In this document: in pieces, positions 18,092 through 28,003 of the stretch | Position numbering within the stretch: the stretch's first letter is position 1 | Layout of the letters: each line of letters opens with the position of its first letter | Translations under genes and position numbers: made by a program | Assembly: GCA_012270675.1 (NCBI GenBank) | Contig: JAAXHW010000004.1 | Span: forward strand, 2,603 to 66,602 | Reading direction: 5' to 3' | DNA: 64,000 nucleotides | From: Candidatus Latescibacterota bacterium | GTDB taxonomy: Bacteria; Latescibacterota; UBA2968; GCA-2709665 | Notes under the pieces: generated by a model | Told to the model about the DNA's origin: nothing | Seen by the model: the letters and a program-made list of their open reading frames with translations, nothing else | Database searches by the model: none

Positions 18092-20239
18092 TTACCGTCG
18101 GCCTGGTCGTCTCATCCCCCTCCCCCCTCTGGGGCGCTGATCTCCGGAGGGGGGAACATAGCCCTCCGGGGCTTCGAACGTGGCCTTCCGGCTCAGCCGG
18201 ATCTTGCCCTGCTCGTCGATCCCGATCACCTTCACCTGCGTTCTGTCGCCCTCTTCCAGGACATCCTCCACCCTTCGCACGCGATGGTAATCCAGTTCGG
18301 AGATGTGGCACAGGCCCTCTTTCCCGGGCAGGATCTCAATGAAGGCCCCAAAGTCCATCACCCGCTTTACCTCACCTTCGTACACCTTGCCGACCTCCGG
18401 GTCTTCCACCAGCGACCGGATCATCCGCATCGCCGTTTCTCCGGATTCCGCATCCATCGAGCTTACCGTAACCAGTCCGTCGTCTTCCACGGCAACCGTC
18501 GCACCGGTCTCTTCGATACTCCGTATGGTCTTTCCCCCCGGGCCGATCACCGCGCCGATCTTGGAAGGATCAATCCGCAGCGACAGGATACGGGGCGCGT
18601 ACTGCGAGAGCTCCTTGCGGGGCTCGGAAATGGCCTCATTCATAATCCCGAGGATATGGTTCAGGGCCTCGCGGGCCTGGGCGAAGGCCTCCTGCATAAT
18701 ATCAAAGCTGATGCCTTTGATCTTGATGTCCATCTGGATGGCCGTCATCCCCCCGGCGGTGCCGGTGATCTTTAAATCCATGTCTCCCAGGTGATCTTCG
18801 GCCCCCAGGATATCGGTCAACACCACCCACCTGTCTCCTTCCACCACCAGACCCACGCCCGCCCCGGCAACAGGTGTTTTAATGGGCACCCCCGCATCCA
18901 TCAACGCCAGCGACCCCCCGCAGACCGTGGCCATAGAAGAGGAACTGTTGGACTCCAGGATCTCTGAGACGGCCCGGATTGTATAGGGAAAGTATTCCTC
19001 GGAAGGGATCACGGGTTCCAGCCCCTTCTCGGCCAGGGCGCCATGCCCGATCTCCCGGCGTCCCGGCGCGCCGATCCGCCTGGTTTCTCCGACACTGTAG
19101 GAGGGAAAGTTGTAATCTACCATGAAACTCTTAAACGACTTGCCCTCCAGGTCATCCACCATCCGCGTATCCATCTTGCTGCCAAGCGTCGCCACACACA
19201 GGGCCTGGGTCTGCCCGCGGGTAAAAATCGCCGATCCGTGTGCGCGGGGCAAAACGCCCAGTTCGACGGTAATCGGGCGCACCTCGTCCAGTGCGCGGCC
19301 ATCAATACGGCGTCCCTCCTCCAGGATCATCCGGCGCATATCGGCCTTTTCGATCCTGGAGATTTCATCTGCAATCGCTCCCTCCGATTCGGGAAACGAT
19401 TCGGCCAGCCGTTCCTGCACCTCCACAACCAGCTGGCTGAGGGCGCTGTCCCGGTCTTCCTTGACCGGCAGCCGGTTGGCATCCACCACCCGCCCCTCTG
19501 CCAGTTCCCTCACGGCCCCCGCCAGCGCTTCATCAAGCTCGGGCTCCACCACTTCACGCTTGGGTTTGCCGCAACGGGCAACCAGCTCACCCTGGAGGTC
19601 GATGATTTTGACGATGGCCTCATGGGCAACCTTGAGCGCTTCTAAAATGTCGGCCTCCGGGACATCGTGGCATTCTCCCTCTACGGAGATGATCGACTCC
19701 CGACTGCCGGAAACGACCATATTGATATCGCTCTCTTCAAGCTGGTCGCAGGTCGGACTGACCACGTATTCCCCCCCGACTCGCCCCACCCGGACAGCCC
19801 CGATTGGTCCCTCAAAAGGAATATCGGAAATACATATCGCCGCTGATGCGCCCGTCATGGCCAGCACGGCGGGATCGTTGTCCTGGTCGTAGGAGAGGAC
19901 GGCAACCAGCACCTGCGTATCATAGGAAAACGCTTTGGGAAAAAGCGGCCGGATCTGGTGGTCAATCAGCCTGGCGTTCAGTTTTTCTGTTGTCGACGGC
20001 GCGCCTTCCCGTTTGAAGAAATTCCCGGGGATTCGCCCACCGGCATAGAATTTTTCCCGGTAATCTACCATGAGTGGAAAAAAGTCACCTTCAAACTTCC
20101 GGTGATCTGCAACAGCCGCCACGATGACCACGGTATCGCCGTAGCGCATCCACACGGCGCCGTGCGCCTGTTTGGCCACACGGCCTGTCTCAATGGACAG
20201 CGTACGCCCCTCTAACTCCATCTCCACTTTCTCAACCAT
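18092..20239 (-). CDS. pnp: polyribonucleotide nucleotidyltransferase (PNPase)
   Basis: Two RNase PH-like halves, a KH domain ('IGPGGKTIRSI') and an S1 domain ('GEVKRVMDFGAFIEI'). ATG at 20239. Confidence 0.95.
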   Translation of the reverse strand: MVEKVEMELEGRTLSIETGRVAKQAHGAVWMRYGDTVVIVAAVADHRKFEGDFFPLMVDYREKFYAGGRIPGNFFKREGAPSTTEKLNARLIDHQIRPLFPKAFSYDTQVLVAVLSYDQDNDPAVLAMTGASAAICISDIPFEGPIGAVRVGRVGGEYVVSPTCDQLEESDINMVVSGSRESIISVEGECHDVPEADILEALKVAHEAIVKIIDLQGELVARCGKPKREVVEPELDEALAGAVRELAEGRVVDANRLPVKEDRDSALSQLVVEVQERLAESFPESEGAIADEISRIEKADMRRMILEEGRRIDGRALDEVRPITVELGVLPRAHGSAIFTRGQTQALCVATLGSKMDTRMVDDLEGKSFKSFMVDYNFPSYSVGETRRIGAPGRREIGHGALAEKGLEPVIPSEEYFPYTIRAVSEILESNSSSSMATVCGGSLALMDAGVPIKTPVAGAGVGLVVEGDRWVVLTDILGAEDHLGDMDLKITGTAGGMTAIQMDIKIKGISFDIMQEAFAQAREALNHILGIMNEAISEPRKELSQYAPRILSLRIDPSKIGAVIGPGGKTIRSIEETGATVAVEDDGLVTVSSMDAESGETAMRMIRSLVEDPEVGKVYEGEVKRVMDFGAFIEILPGKEGLCHISELDYHRVRRVEDVLEEGDRTQVKVIGIDEQGKIRLSRKATFEAPEGYVPPSGDQRPRGGRGMRRPGRR

Positions 20240-20268
20240 CCACACATTCCTCCTGAAAATACACGTCT

Positions 20269-20322
20269 GGGCATCTGGTAACGTCCGGCGCTTCCGCACG
20301 TTAGAGGGGAGTGTCTATGCCC
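20269..20322 (-). promoter_or_regulatory. stem-loop in the rpsO-pnp intergenic leader
   Basis: GGGCAT...ATGCCC outer arms enclose an AACGT/ACGTT-CGG/CCG inner hairpin with no T-tract. The position is analogous to the pnp leader hairpins known in other bacteria. Function is inferred. Confidence 0.3.
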
Positions 20323-20337
20323 TGCGTTTTGATTGAA

Positions 20338-20607
20338 TCAACCTCGAATGCCGAGCTTGTCGATCAGTTCCCGATAGCCACCCAGATCCCTCCGCTGCAT
20401 ATACCTCATCAGACGGCGGCGCTGCCCGACCAGTTTGAGGAGACCGCGGCGGGAGTGATGGTCTTTCTTGTGGGTTTGAAAATGCTCGGTTAAGTTGCGG
20501 ATACGCTCTGTCAGCAGAGCGATCTGCGCCTCCGTGGAACCGGTATCTTCCACCCTGCTGGAAAAGGCTTCGATCAGTTCCGACTTCTTTTCCCTGGTTA
20601 ATGCCAA
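20338..20607 (-). CDS. rpsO: 30S ribosomal protein S15
   Basis: '[11 protein letters not shown]...[31 protein letters not shown]'. 89 aa if the TTG at 20607 is used (GGAGG 6 nt upstream). Confidence 0.93.
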   Translation of the reverse strand: MALTREKKSELIEAFSSRVEDTGSTEAQIALLTERIRNLTEHFQTHKKDHHSRRGLLKLVGQRRRLMRYMQRRDLGGYRELIDKLGIRG

Positions 20608-20611
20608 TGTT

Positions 20612-21565
20612 CTACCTCCGCAAAAGGGTTGTATCGACGTGTGATAACACATCCCGGGCGGCTTCCAGGTCGTTTTTGATCTGTGCGATCAGCGCCGCCG
20701 GGGTTTCAAACCGCTGCTCACCTCGAATCCGATGCACCAGTTCCAATGTGAGCCGTTGACCGTAGAGGTCCCCTTCGAAATCCAGGATATGAGCTTCCAG
20801 GGCGCGGGACCTGCCGTTGAATGTGGGGCGATAGCCCAGGTTTAACACCGCATCGCATCGGTCCCCGGACGGGAGATAGGCAAAGGCCGCATAGACCCCA
20901 TCCGGAGGCATCAGCTTGCCCGGCTCCTCGATGGCCAGATTGGCCGTGGGAACCCCCAGTGTCCGACCCCGGCCATCCCCGTGCGCGACCCGTCCGGCAA
21001 CTGGATACCCACCCCCCAGGAGCCGACAGGCAGCTTCCAGATTTCCCTCCATCACAAGCCGCCGGATGCGCGTACTGCTCACAGGTTTCCCATCGACCAG
21101 AACCGGCGCAACCGATCTGACTTCGAAACCGAAATCCCGTCCCAAAGCCTGCATGGTCTCCAGGCCGCCCCTGCGGCCCTTCCCAAACCCGTGGTCATAG
21201 CCAACCACGACAACCTGCGCTCGCAGACGCCGAACCAGGTAGTCCTCAACAAACGCCTCCGGGCTTAACTCCCGCAGCGCCTGCGTAAAGGCCACGACCA
21301 CCAGCAGATCGATTCCCAGAGGGACAACACGCCGCACCTTTTCCTCAAGCGAGGTGAGAATGCCGGGGGCCTGCGTGGGGTCAATGACGGTCCGTGGGTG
21401 GGGATCGAAAGTAACCACCACCCCGGTTCCCTTTCGGGACGCAGCTTCGGCACAGACGGCTTCAAGGACGGCAACGTGTCCCAGGTGTACACCGTCGCAT
21501 TGGCCCACCGTTACCACGGGAGCAGGGAGATCCAGAGGCGTCTCAAGGGTGATTATGCGCATCAT
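20612..21565 (-). CDS. ribF: bifunctional riboflavin kinase / FAD synthetase
   Basis: '[10 protein letters not shown]', 'VVTFDPHP' and 'PTANL' motifs. The ATG at 21565 overlaps the truB stop (ATGA). Confidence 0.9.
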   Translation of the reverse strand: MMRIITLETPLDLPAPVVTVGQCDGVHLGHVAVLEAVCAEAASRKGTGVVVTFDPHPRTVIDPTQAPGILTSLEEKVRRVVPLGIDLLVVVAFTQALRELSPEAFVEDYLVRRLRAQVVVVGYDHGFGKGRRGGLETMQALGRDFGFEVRSVAPVLVDGKPVSSTRIRRLVMEGNLEAACRLLGGGYPVAGRVAHGDGRGRTLGVPTANLAIEEPGKLMPPDGVYAAFAYLPSGDRCDAVLNLGYRPTFNGRSRALEAHILDFEGDLYGQRLTLELVHRIRGEQRFETPAALIAQIKNDLEAARDVLSHVDTTLLRR

Positions 21566-22527
21566 GCAGCTGGCTGGCGTTTCAGACGCTGGAAGACACG
21601 TACCGGCTTTAAGACCGCCCCGTCGGCCGTCCACCGCCCAATACCCAAAAGCGATCCTTTCGGATCGAGTGCCCGAACCAGATCACTGGATTGGATTTCC
21701 ACCTCGCGGATGCCGGCAACGGGGGTTCCATGGACAAACCTCCGAATCTGATCGGAAGTCAAATGGAGACCGGGCATGTGTCCAAGGGCCCGGTTGGGAT
21801 CGATCAGGTGTTCTTCAATCCTCCCCTCTGCACACAACACCTGCAGATCCTCCAGAGGGATACAGTGATCCAGCCCGATCTTGCCCACAGCCGTGCGCCT
21901 CAAAGCGACAAGATGCCCACCGCATCCCAATTTGCGGCCAATATCATCTGCCAGAGCCCGTATATAACACCCTTTGGAACAGGAAACCGTCAGATCCAGC
22001 AAAGGCGGGACGAACCGTTCGATATCTATTCCGTAGATGCGCACCCGACGGGCTTCTCGGGCAACCTCCTGTCCGGCCCTGGCCAACTGGTAGAGGCGCT
22101 TTCCCGCAACTTTTCGAGCCGAAAACATCGGCGGGATCTGTTCGATTTCCCCAACGAACCTCCGCACAACCTGAAAGACCACGCCCTGGTCGGCGGGAAC
22201 CTGATCCGAGCGGGCGATCACCGCGCCGGCCGCGTCTAAGGTATCGGTGGAAATCCCGAGCCGGATGCGGGCCCGGTAGCGTTTGTCCTGATCGGTTAAA
22301 AACGAACTGAGCCGGGTCGATTGCCCCAAACAGAGTACCAGCACACCCGTCGCAATCGGATCCAGCGTGCCCGTGTGTCCGGCCTTGCGAACCTGGAGCG
22401 TGCAGCGCACCCGATCAACCACATCGTGAGACGTCCATCCCTGAGGTTTATCAACCGGCAAAAGCCCGTTCAGAGCGATGGATACCCCTCCTTGAGTTTT
22501 GGAATGGGGATTTCTGAAATCCGCCAT
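21562..22527 (-). CDS. truB: tRNA pseudouridine(55) synthase
   Basis: 'GLLPVDKPQGWTSHDVV' and 'KAGHTGTLDPIATGVL' with the catalytic Asp motif. Confidence 0.92.
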   Translation of the reverse strand: MADFRNPHSKTQGGVSIALNGLLPVDKPQGWTSHDVVDRVRCTLQVRKAGHTGTLDPIATGVLVLCLGQSTRLSSFLTDQDKRYRARIRLGISTDTLDAAGAVIARSDQVPADQGVVFQVVRRFVGEIEQIPPMFSARKVAGKRLYQLARAGQEVAREARRVRIYGIDIERFVPPLLDLTVSCSKGCYIRALADDIGRKLGCGGHLVALRRTAVGKIGLDHCIPLEDLQVLCAEGRIEEHLIDPNRALGHMPGLHLTSDQIRRFVHGTPVAGIREVEIQSSDLVRALDPKGSLLGIGRWTADGAVLKPVRVFQRLKRQPAA

Positions 22528-22530
22528 TTC

Positions 22531-22863
22531 CTACTCCAGGCTGTCCAGGAGCCGGTTGATCCGGGCACCCCGCTCGATGGAAGCATCGTAGACAAACAGG
22601 AGTTCCGGGATATGGCGCAAACGGATGCGCCTCCCAAGCTCCCTGCGCAAATAGGCACTGGCATGGGTGAGGGCATTCAGGGTCTCTTCACGGGCGGTCG
22701 CATCCCCCATAACACTTACATAAACCCTGGCCGTCCGCAGATCCTGGGTCATGTCAACATCGGTAAGGGTGACAAAACCCAGGCGGGGGTCTTTGAGCCG
22801 CTTGTGAACAAGCTCGCTGAGGATTTCTTGAATCTGTCGCGCAACACTGTTCGGGCGCCACAT
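22531..22863 (-). CDS. rbfA: ribosome-binding factor A
   Basis: 'RVARQIQEILSELV...KDPRLGFVTLTDVDMTQDLRTARVYVS'. The ATG overlaps the upstream stop (ATGA). Confidence 0.9.
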   Translation of the reverse strand: MWRPNSVARQIQEILSELVHKRLKDPRLGFVTLTDVDMTQDLRTARVYVSVMGDATAREETLNALTHASAYLRRELGRRIRLRHIPELLFVYDASIERGARINRLLDSLE

Positions 22864-23144
22864 CAGATCATTTCCAAAGAATAATCCACCAACTCTACTC
22901 TGGCGTCTGTCTGAACCAGGTCAACGACCTTGGAGAGGACCTGGTTGGCATGGCGCGTTTCGTTGGATACAACCGCCACACCCAGCACGGCTTTCTGCCA
23001 CAGGTCGTTATCGCTCAGTTCCGAAATCGACACGTTGAACTTATTTCGGACGCGCGTGCGGATACTTTTCAGAATGCTGCGCTTGCTCTTGAGAGAACCG
23101 CTCTCGGGCAAATAAAGCACCAGGCGGCACAGTCCGATGGTCAT
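22863..23144 (-). CDS. DUF503 (YlxP-like) protein
   Basis: 93 aa, 'LYLPESGSLKSKRSILKSI'. It sits in the conserved position between infB and rbfA. Confidence 0.8.
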   Translation of the reverse strand: MTIGLCRLVLYLPESGSLKSKRSILKSIRTRVRNKFNVSISELSDNDLWQKAVLGVAVVSNETRHANQVLSKVVDLVQTDARVELVDYSLEMI

Positions 23145-23147
23145 GGG

Positions 23148-25580
23148 CTACAAGGTCCGCGCGGTCTCCACCAGTTCATAGGCCTCGATTACGTCGCCGA
23201 CTTTGATATCGTTGAAGTTCTCAACCGCAATGCCGCATTCAAATCCGGCCTGGACTTCCCGCACATCGTCTTTAAAACGCCTGAGGGAGTCGATCTGCCC
23301 TTCGTTGATCACCACATTGTCCCGAAGCACCCTGATCAGGGAATTCCGGTTGATCATACCCTCTGCAATATAGCACCCGGCAATGGTCCCCACACTTGAA
23401 ACCTGAAAGGTTTCCCGGACCTCGGCCGTGCCTGCAATCTGTTCTTCTACAGCGGGTTTCAGCAGACCCGACAGGGCCGCTTTCACATCCTCAACCACTT
23501 CATAGATCACCCGATAGAGACGAATATCCACCTGCTCCTGCGCAACGACCTCCCGTGCCCGGGCATCGGGCCTGATGTTAAACCCGATAATAATGGCATC
23601 AGACGCCGAGGCCAGGAGCACGTCCGACTCCGAGATGGCGCCGACTCCCCGGTGAATCACGTTCAGGCGGACCTCTTCGCTGGATATCTGAGAGAGGGCA
23701 TCATCGAGGGCTTCGACCGATCCGCCGACATCGCCTTTGAGGATCAGGCGCAATTCCTGGATCTTACCCGCCCGGATCTGATCGTGGATATCGACCAGGC
23801 TGACCCGCTTGCCTCTGTGGACCTCCAGCGCCCGTCGAAGCTGTTGCCGTTTTTGACTGACCTCCCGCGCCTGGCGCTCATTCTCCACCACATGAAACGA
23901 ATCCCCTGCCTGGGGCAGCCCGGACAGCCCCAGAACCTGAATAGGCACTGAAGGACCGGCCACTTCAACGGGGCGAGCCCGCTCATCCAGCATAGCCCGC
24001 ACCCGGCCGCTGTAGAGGCCCGTGACAAACGGGTCGCCAACGCGGAGGGTGCCACTTTGGACCAGAACAGTCGCCACATTCCCCCGACCCCGGTCCAGCC
24101 GGGCCTCCACAACGGTGCCTTTGGCGCGCTTGTCCGGGTTGGCTTTCAATTCCAGCAGGTCGGTCTCCAACGCCAGCAATTCCAGCAGGCTGCCCACATT
24201 CTGTCCGGTTTTGGCTGAGATTTCACAGCACTGGACCTTGCCCCCGTAGTCCTCGACCAGTACATTGTGCTCAGTCAGCTGCCGCTTGATCTTGTCTACA
24301 TCCACATTTGGCAGGTCTATCTTGTTGATCGCCAGCGCAATGGGCACACCGGCGGCCCGGGCGTGGTCGATGGCTTCTACGGTCTGGGGCATCACATTGT
24401 CATCTGCGGCCACCACCAGCACCACAACATCGGTCACCTGCGCCCCCCGGGCGCGCATGGCGGTAAAGGCCTCGTGTCCGGGGGTATCCAGGAACGTCAC
24501 TGTTCGCCCACGCTTCACCTGGACGTGGTAGGCGCCGATGTGCTGGGTGATTCCTCCCGATTCACCGGCAACCACATTCGTGTCCCGGATGTGGTCCAGC
24601 AACGAGGTCTTGCCATGGTCGACATGGCCCATGATGGTCACCACCGGAGGCCTGGGCAACAGGTCACCTTCGGCGTCTTCGTCTGTCTCCTCCAGGACCT
24701 CTTCGGCATACTCATCGAGCTCTTCCACGTCAAAGCCGAACTCGTAAGCAACCAGCGTGATCGTGTCCATATCGAGCCGCTGGTTGATGGTCGCCATCAT
24801 CCCCATCTGGAGACATTGTTTGATGACCTCGGTGGGGGGTACATCCATCAGACTGGCGAGTTCGCCAACCGTGGTAAACTCGTTCACCTTCAGGGCACGA
24901 CCTTCTGTCTCTTCCTCCGGGGTGCCATCTTCCCGACTGCGACGTCTCCGGGGGCGAGAGACCCCCGCCTCCATCTGGGCCATGGTCCGCCGGACGCTTT
25001 CCTCCACCTCCCTCTGATCCACGACCGGCCGACCGCGCCGCCGTTTGCGCTTCCGCCCGGCGCCTCGACCTGTCGAAACAACGGACGTCGAAGTCGGTTT
25101 ACCGCCCACGGGTGGGGACAAAGGCGTCCCCTTGCTGCTGTCTTCAACCACAGGGAGGACTTCCTGCCGTCCGGAAGTCCGTTTCCGACGCCGGCGTTTT
25201 GGCCTGGCCTCCCGTTCTTCTTTTGTAGATTTCTCTTCCTTCCTGGTTTGAAGCTTTTGAGACTGTTTGGCCTGTTTGGCCTGTTTGGCCTCCGCGACCG
25301 CTTTTGATTTCTCCCGCTCTTCCCGTTCCTTTTTTTGCGTGGTCTTGCGCTTCATCTCCTGCCGGGAGACATGTCGCTCCTCTTCGAACTTTCGCTGAAC
25401 GCTTTCAACCATCTCCGAGGTGCAAATGGCCATATGGTTCTTAATATCGTATCCCAACCCCCTGACCACTTCAACCATTGCAACGCTGGAGAGATTGAAT
25501 TCCCGGGCGATTTCGTAAATCCGTTTTTTCTTGGCATCGTCCACTTTTACTTTAGCCGATGGTTGGGCGAATTTACTCAT
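23148..25580 (-). CDS. infB: translation initiation factor IF-2
   Basis: '[14 protein letters not shown]', 'DTPGHEAF' and 'NKID' G-domain motifs with a charged N-terminal region. The ATG at 25580 overlaps the nusA 3' end by 8 nt. Confidence 0.95.
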   Translation of the reverse strand: MSKFAQPSAKVKVDDAKKKRIYEIAREFNLSSVAMVEVVRGLGYDIKNHMAICTSEMVESVQRKFEEERHVSRQEMKRKTTQKKEREEREKSKAVAEAKQAKQAKQSQKLQTRKEEKSTKEEREARPKRRRRKRTSGRQEVLPVVEDSSKGTPLSPPVGGKPTSTSVVSTGRGAGRKRKRRRGRPVVDQREVEESVRRTMAQMEAGVSRPRRRRSREDGTPEEETEGRALKVNEFTTVGELASLMDVPPTEVIKQCLQMGMMATINQRLDMDTITLVAYEFGFDVEELDEYAEEVLEETDEDAEGDLLPRPPVVTIMGHVDHGKTSLLDHIRDTNVVAGESGGITQHIGAYHVQVKRGRTVTFLDTPGHEAFTAMRARGAQVTDVVVLVVAADDNVMPQTVEAIDHARAAGVPIALAINKIDLPNVDVDKIKRQLTEHNVLVEDYGGKVQCCEISAKTGQNVGSLLELLALETDLLELKANPDKRAKGTVVEARLDRGRGNVATVLVQSGTLRVGDPFVTGLYSGRVRAMLDERARPVEVAGPSVPIQVLGLSGLPQAGDSFHVVENERQAREVSQKRQQLRRALEVHRGKRVSLVDIHDQIRAGKIQELRLILKGDVGGSVEALDDALSQISSEEVRLNVIHRGVGAISESDVLLASASDAIIIGFNIRPDARAREVVAQEQVDIRLYRVIYEVVEDVKAALSGLLKPAVEEQIAGTAEVRETFQVSSVGTIAGCYIAEGMINRNSLIRVLRDNVVINEGQIDSLRRFKDDVREVQAGFECGIAVENFNDIKVGDVIEAYELVETARTL
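25263..25289 (-). repeat. 3 perfect tandem copies of a 9-nt unit inside infB (encodes AKQAKQAKQ)
   Basis: ctgtttggc x3 on the plus strand, in frame. Confidence 0.9.
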
Positions 25581-27009
25581 CCTGGTCGCCAATATGCTGT
25601 TCACCTCCTTCTGATTCGGGCGCGGCTTCGGAAGGCTCATCGGCTGCGCTCTCTTCGGCCCTTGCAGCCTCCGCCGCCGCCTGTCTGGCCTCTTCTTCGG
25701 CCCTTGCAGCCTCCGCCGCCGCCTTCTCTTTTCTCTGCTCTTCTCGATAGGCCTCGACCTTTATGGAAACGATCTCCCGGGCCGCAGACTGAATTTTCAA
25801 GGCAATGACCTCACCGATACCGGGCACTTCAAGAAGCCTGGACAGCGAGGCCTCCGCGACATCGTTGGCCGAAGCGACTCCCGCTGCCTGCAGGCGCTCC
25901 CGCATGATCTTTCCAACGCCGGGGACATCGCTTAAAGGCACAAAGGTCGCGGCCTTTTCTTCCTGGATCTCCTGGAATTTCGTCTCCGTAATAATATCAA
26001 TCTTCCACCCTGTCAATTGGGACGCCAACCGGGCATTCTGGCCCGATTTCCCAATGGCCAACGAGAGCTGGTCGTCTTCTACGATGGCCGTCATCCACCT
26101 CTCCCTGCGGTCGACCACCACCCGCTTGACCACAGCCGGGCTGAGGGCCCGGGAAAGGAAGATGGCCTCGTCTTCGCTCCAGGCGACAATGTCGATACGC
26201 TCGTTGCTCAACTCCCGGACTACCGCCTGCACCCGGGACCCCTTCATACCCACACACGCCCCCACCGGGTCGATCCGGTCATCGTTGGAATGAACGGCGA
26301 TCTTGGCCCGCGCTCCTGGTTCCCGCGCCACGGCCTTGATCTCGATAATGCCTTCGTAGATTTCTGGGACCTCGAACTGAAAGAGCTTCACCAGGAAGGT
26401 GGGATGGGTCCTGGAGAGCACCACCTGGGGGCCCTTCGAAGTGCGCAGCACATCGACCAGGTAGGCCCGGAGAGGGTCCCCCTGGCGGTACCGCTCTTTT
26501 CGAATCTGTTCCTTGAGCGGGACCACCGCCTCGGTCCGCCCCAGGTTGATCAGGATATCCCCGTGGCTGATCTGCTGTACCGTCCCACTGACAATCTCGC
26601 CGATCCGCCCCCGATAGTCTTCATAAATGCGCTCCCGTTCCGCCTCTCGTACCCGCTGGATCAGGATCTGCTTGGCCGATTGAATCGCATTGCGCCCAAA
26701 GTCGGAAAAACGCAACTCCTCTTTAACCTGCTGGCCGACCCTGGCTTTGGGAGCGATCTCGTGGGCAGCCGACAGGCCAATCTGCAAACCCGGTTCTTCG
26801 ACCGCGTCATCTTCTACGACCTCTTTGTTCGCAAAAATCTGAATATTCCCCGAAACGCTATCGATCTGGACCTCTACGTTATCGGACATGCCAAACCGCT
26901 TTTTGGCGGCAGAAAGAAGGCCGATTTCCAGGGTCTCGATGACCAGATCCCGGTTGACATTCTTCTCCTGGGCAATCTGCCCCAAGGCTTCCAGAACTTC
27001 GTAGTTCAA
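25573..27009 (-). CDS. nusA: transcription termination/antitermination factor NusA
   Basis: N-terminal 'LEALGQIAQEKNV', S1 and KH domains ('IGKSGQNARLASQLTGWKIDI'), and a C-terminal acidic/Ala-rich tail. Confidence 0.95.
   Translation of the reverse strand: MNYEVLEALGQIAQEKNVNRDLVIETLEIGLLSAAKKRFGMSDNVEVQIDSVSGNIQIFANKEVVEDDAVEEPGLQIGLSAAHEIAPKARVGQQVKEELRFSDFGRNAIQSAKQILIQRVREAERERIYEDYRGRIGEIVSGTVQQISHGDILINLGRTEAVVPLKEQIRKERYRQGDPLRAYLVDVLRTSKGPQVVLSRTHPTFLVKLFQFEVPEIYEGIIEIKAVAREPGARAKIAVHSNDDRIDPVGACVGMKGSRVQAVVRELSNERIDIVAWSEDEAIFLSRALSPAVVKRVVVDRRERWMTAIVEDDQLSLAIGKSGQNARLASQLTGWKIDIITETKFQEIQEEKAATFVPLSDVPGVGKIMRERLQAAGVASANDVAEASLSRLLEVPGIGEVIALKIQSAAREIVSIKVEAYREEQRKEKAAAEAARAEEEARQAAAEAARAEESAADEPSEAAPESEGGEQHIGDQDE
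25652..25724 (-). repeat. 31-nt direct repeat with 42-nt period in the nusA 3' tail
   Basis: tcttcggcccttgcagcctccgccgccgcct occurs at 25652..25682 and 25694..25724. It encodes a duplicated 'AAAEAARAEE'. Confidence 0.9.
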
Positions 27010-27021
27010 AACACCTTCTCC

Positions 27022-27471
27022 TCAAAAGTCGAAGTGGAGATTGGCCTTTCTGACCTCGGCACGGGAGATACGGTCTACCTCACCGTCGATTGTGAGGACC
27101 AGCTCTGCGCCCTGACAGGACACCAGGGTACCCGTAAGCACCCCCCGCCCTTCAACAACCAGCCGAACATCCTGCCCCACCGCCCGCTGATAATCCCGCT
27201 CCGATTTCAGCGCCCGGTTCAAGCCGGGTGAAGAGACTTCCAGGGTGTAGCTCCCATCAATGGGATCGTGCGTATCCAGAAGATCTTCAAGGCCCCGACT
27301 CAGGACCGCACACTCATCAATGGTGATCCTCCCTGGGCGGTCAACATAGATGCGGAGCATCCTGCGGCGCGGATTTCCGGACAACAAAAGCTCAACAAAC
27401 TCCACACCGCGCGCTTCCAGGAACCCCTCCACCAGCCGTTCGATAGACTCATACAGCGCCAGGTCATCCAT
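27022..27471 (-). CDS. rimP: ribosome maturation factor RimP
   Basis: 149 aa immediately upstream of nusA. 'LRIYVDRPGRITIDECAVLSR' and 'YTLEVSSPGLNRAL'. Confidence 0.9.
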   Translation of the reverse strand: MDDLALYESIERLVEGFLEARGVEFVELLLSGNPRRRMLRIYVDRPGRITIDECAVLSRGLEDLLDTHDPIDGSYTLEVSSPGLNRALKSERDYQRAVGQDVRLVVEGRGVLTGTLVSCQGAELVLTIDGEVDRISRAEVRKANLHFDF

Positions 27472-27511
27472 AAACTGGACTTGGCCTTTTCAACAAAGTG
27501 ACCTATATACT

Positions 27512-27537
27512 CAAAAGAGTGGGCACCCGCCCACTCT
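27512..27537 (-). terminator. Rho-independent terminator downstream of the MerR-family gene
   Basis: On the minus strand, a GAGTGGGC-GGGT-GCCCACTC hairpin followed by TTTT. Confidence 0.55.
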
Positions 27538-27619
27538 CGCCTCAGAAAGGCAAATATATAGTATTCTATACAATAACGCAAGGGAGAAATGGGTTTTCCA
27601 GGACGTTTTTGCATGCCGG

Positions 27620-27982
27620 TCAGGTCTTCCCGTCGATCAAATTTTTCAACTCAAGGAGCATCCCGCGAAGGTCGGACAAGAGGGCTCCCGAATGCTGTGG
27701 CTCCGGCCTTTCCTCCACTTTCGGTTGCAGCGAATGCTGCTGCCAGAGAGAGGGGTGTTCTTTGAGCCGTTCCACAGCCCCTTTAACGGTGTATTTCTTG
27801 TTGTGCCGCAGCTCCTTAATGGCCAGGACAATCCGGATATCCCGTTCTCTGTAAAACCGGTTTCCGGACCTGCCCCGCCTGGGCCGAAGCATTGGAAATT
27901 CTTTTTCCCAAAAACGGAGCACATGGGGTTCAACCCCGGTCTGCGTGGAAACCTCACGAATCGAATAGTAGAGTTTTTTCAT
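27620..27982 (-). CDS. MerR family transcriptional regulator
   Basis: 'YSIREVSTQTGVEPHVLRFWEKEF...RGRSGNRFYRERDI'. Confidence 0.85.
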   Translation of the reverse strand: MKKLYYSIREVSTQTGVEPHVLRFWEKEFPMLRPRRGRSGNRFYRERDIRIVLAIKELRHNKKYTVKGAVERLKEHPSLWQQHSLQPKVEERPEPQHSGALLSDLRGMLLELKNLIDGKT

Positions 27983-28003
27983 TAGTCTCAGCCCGTAAAT
28001 GAT

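Noticed and set aside
25263-25289. Short perfect tandem repeats that might hint at a CRISPR or VNTR locus.
   Set aside because: There are only three 9-nt units, in frame inside infB (AKQ x3), with no spacers. No CRISPR-like repeat-spacer structure or cas gene occurs anywhere in the window.
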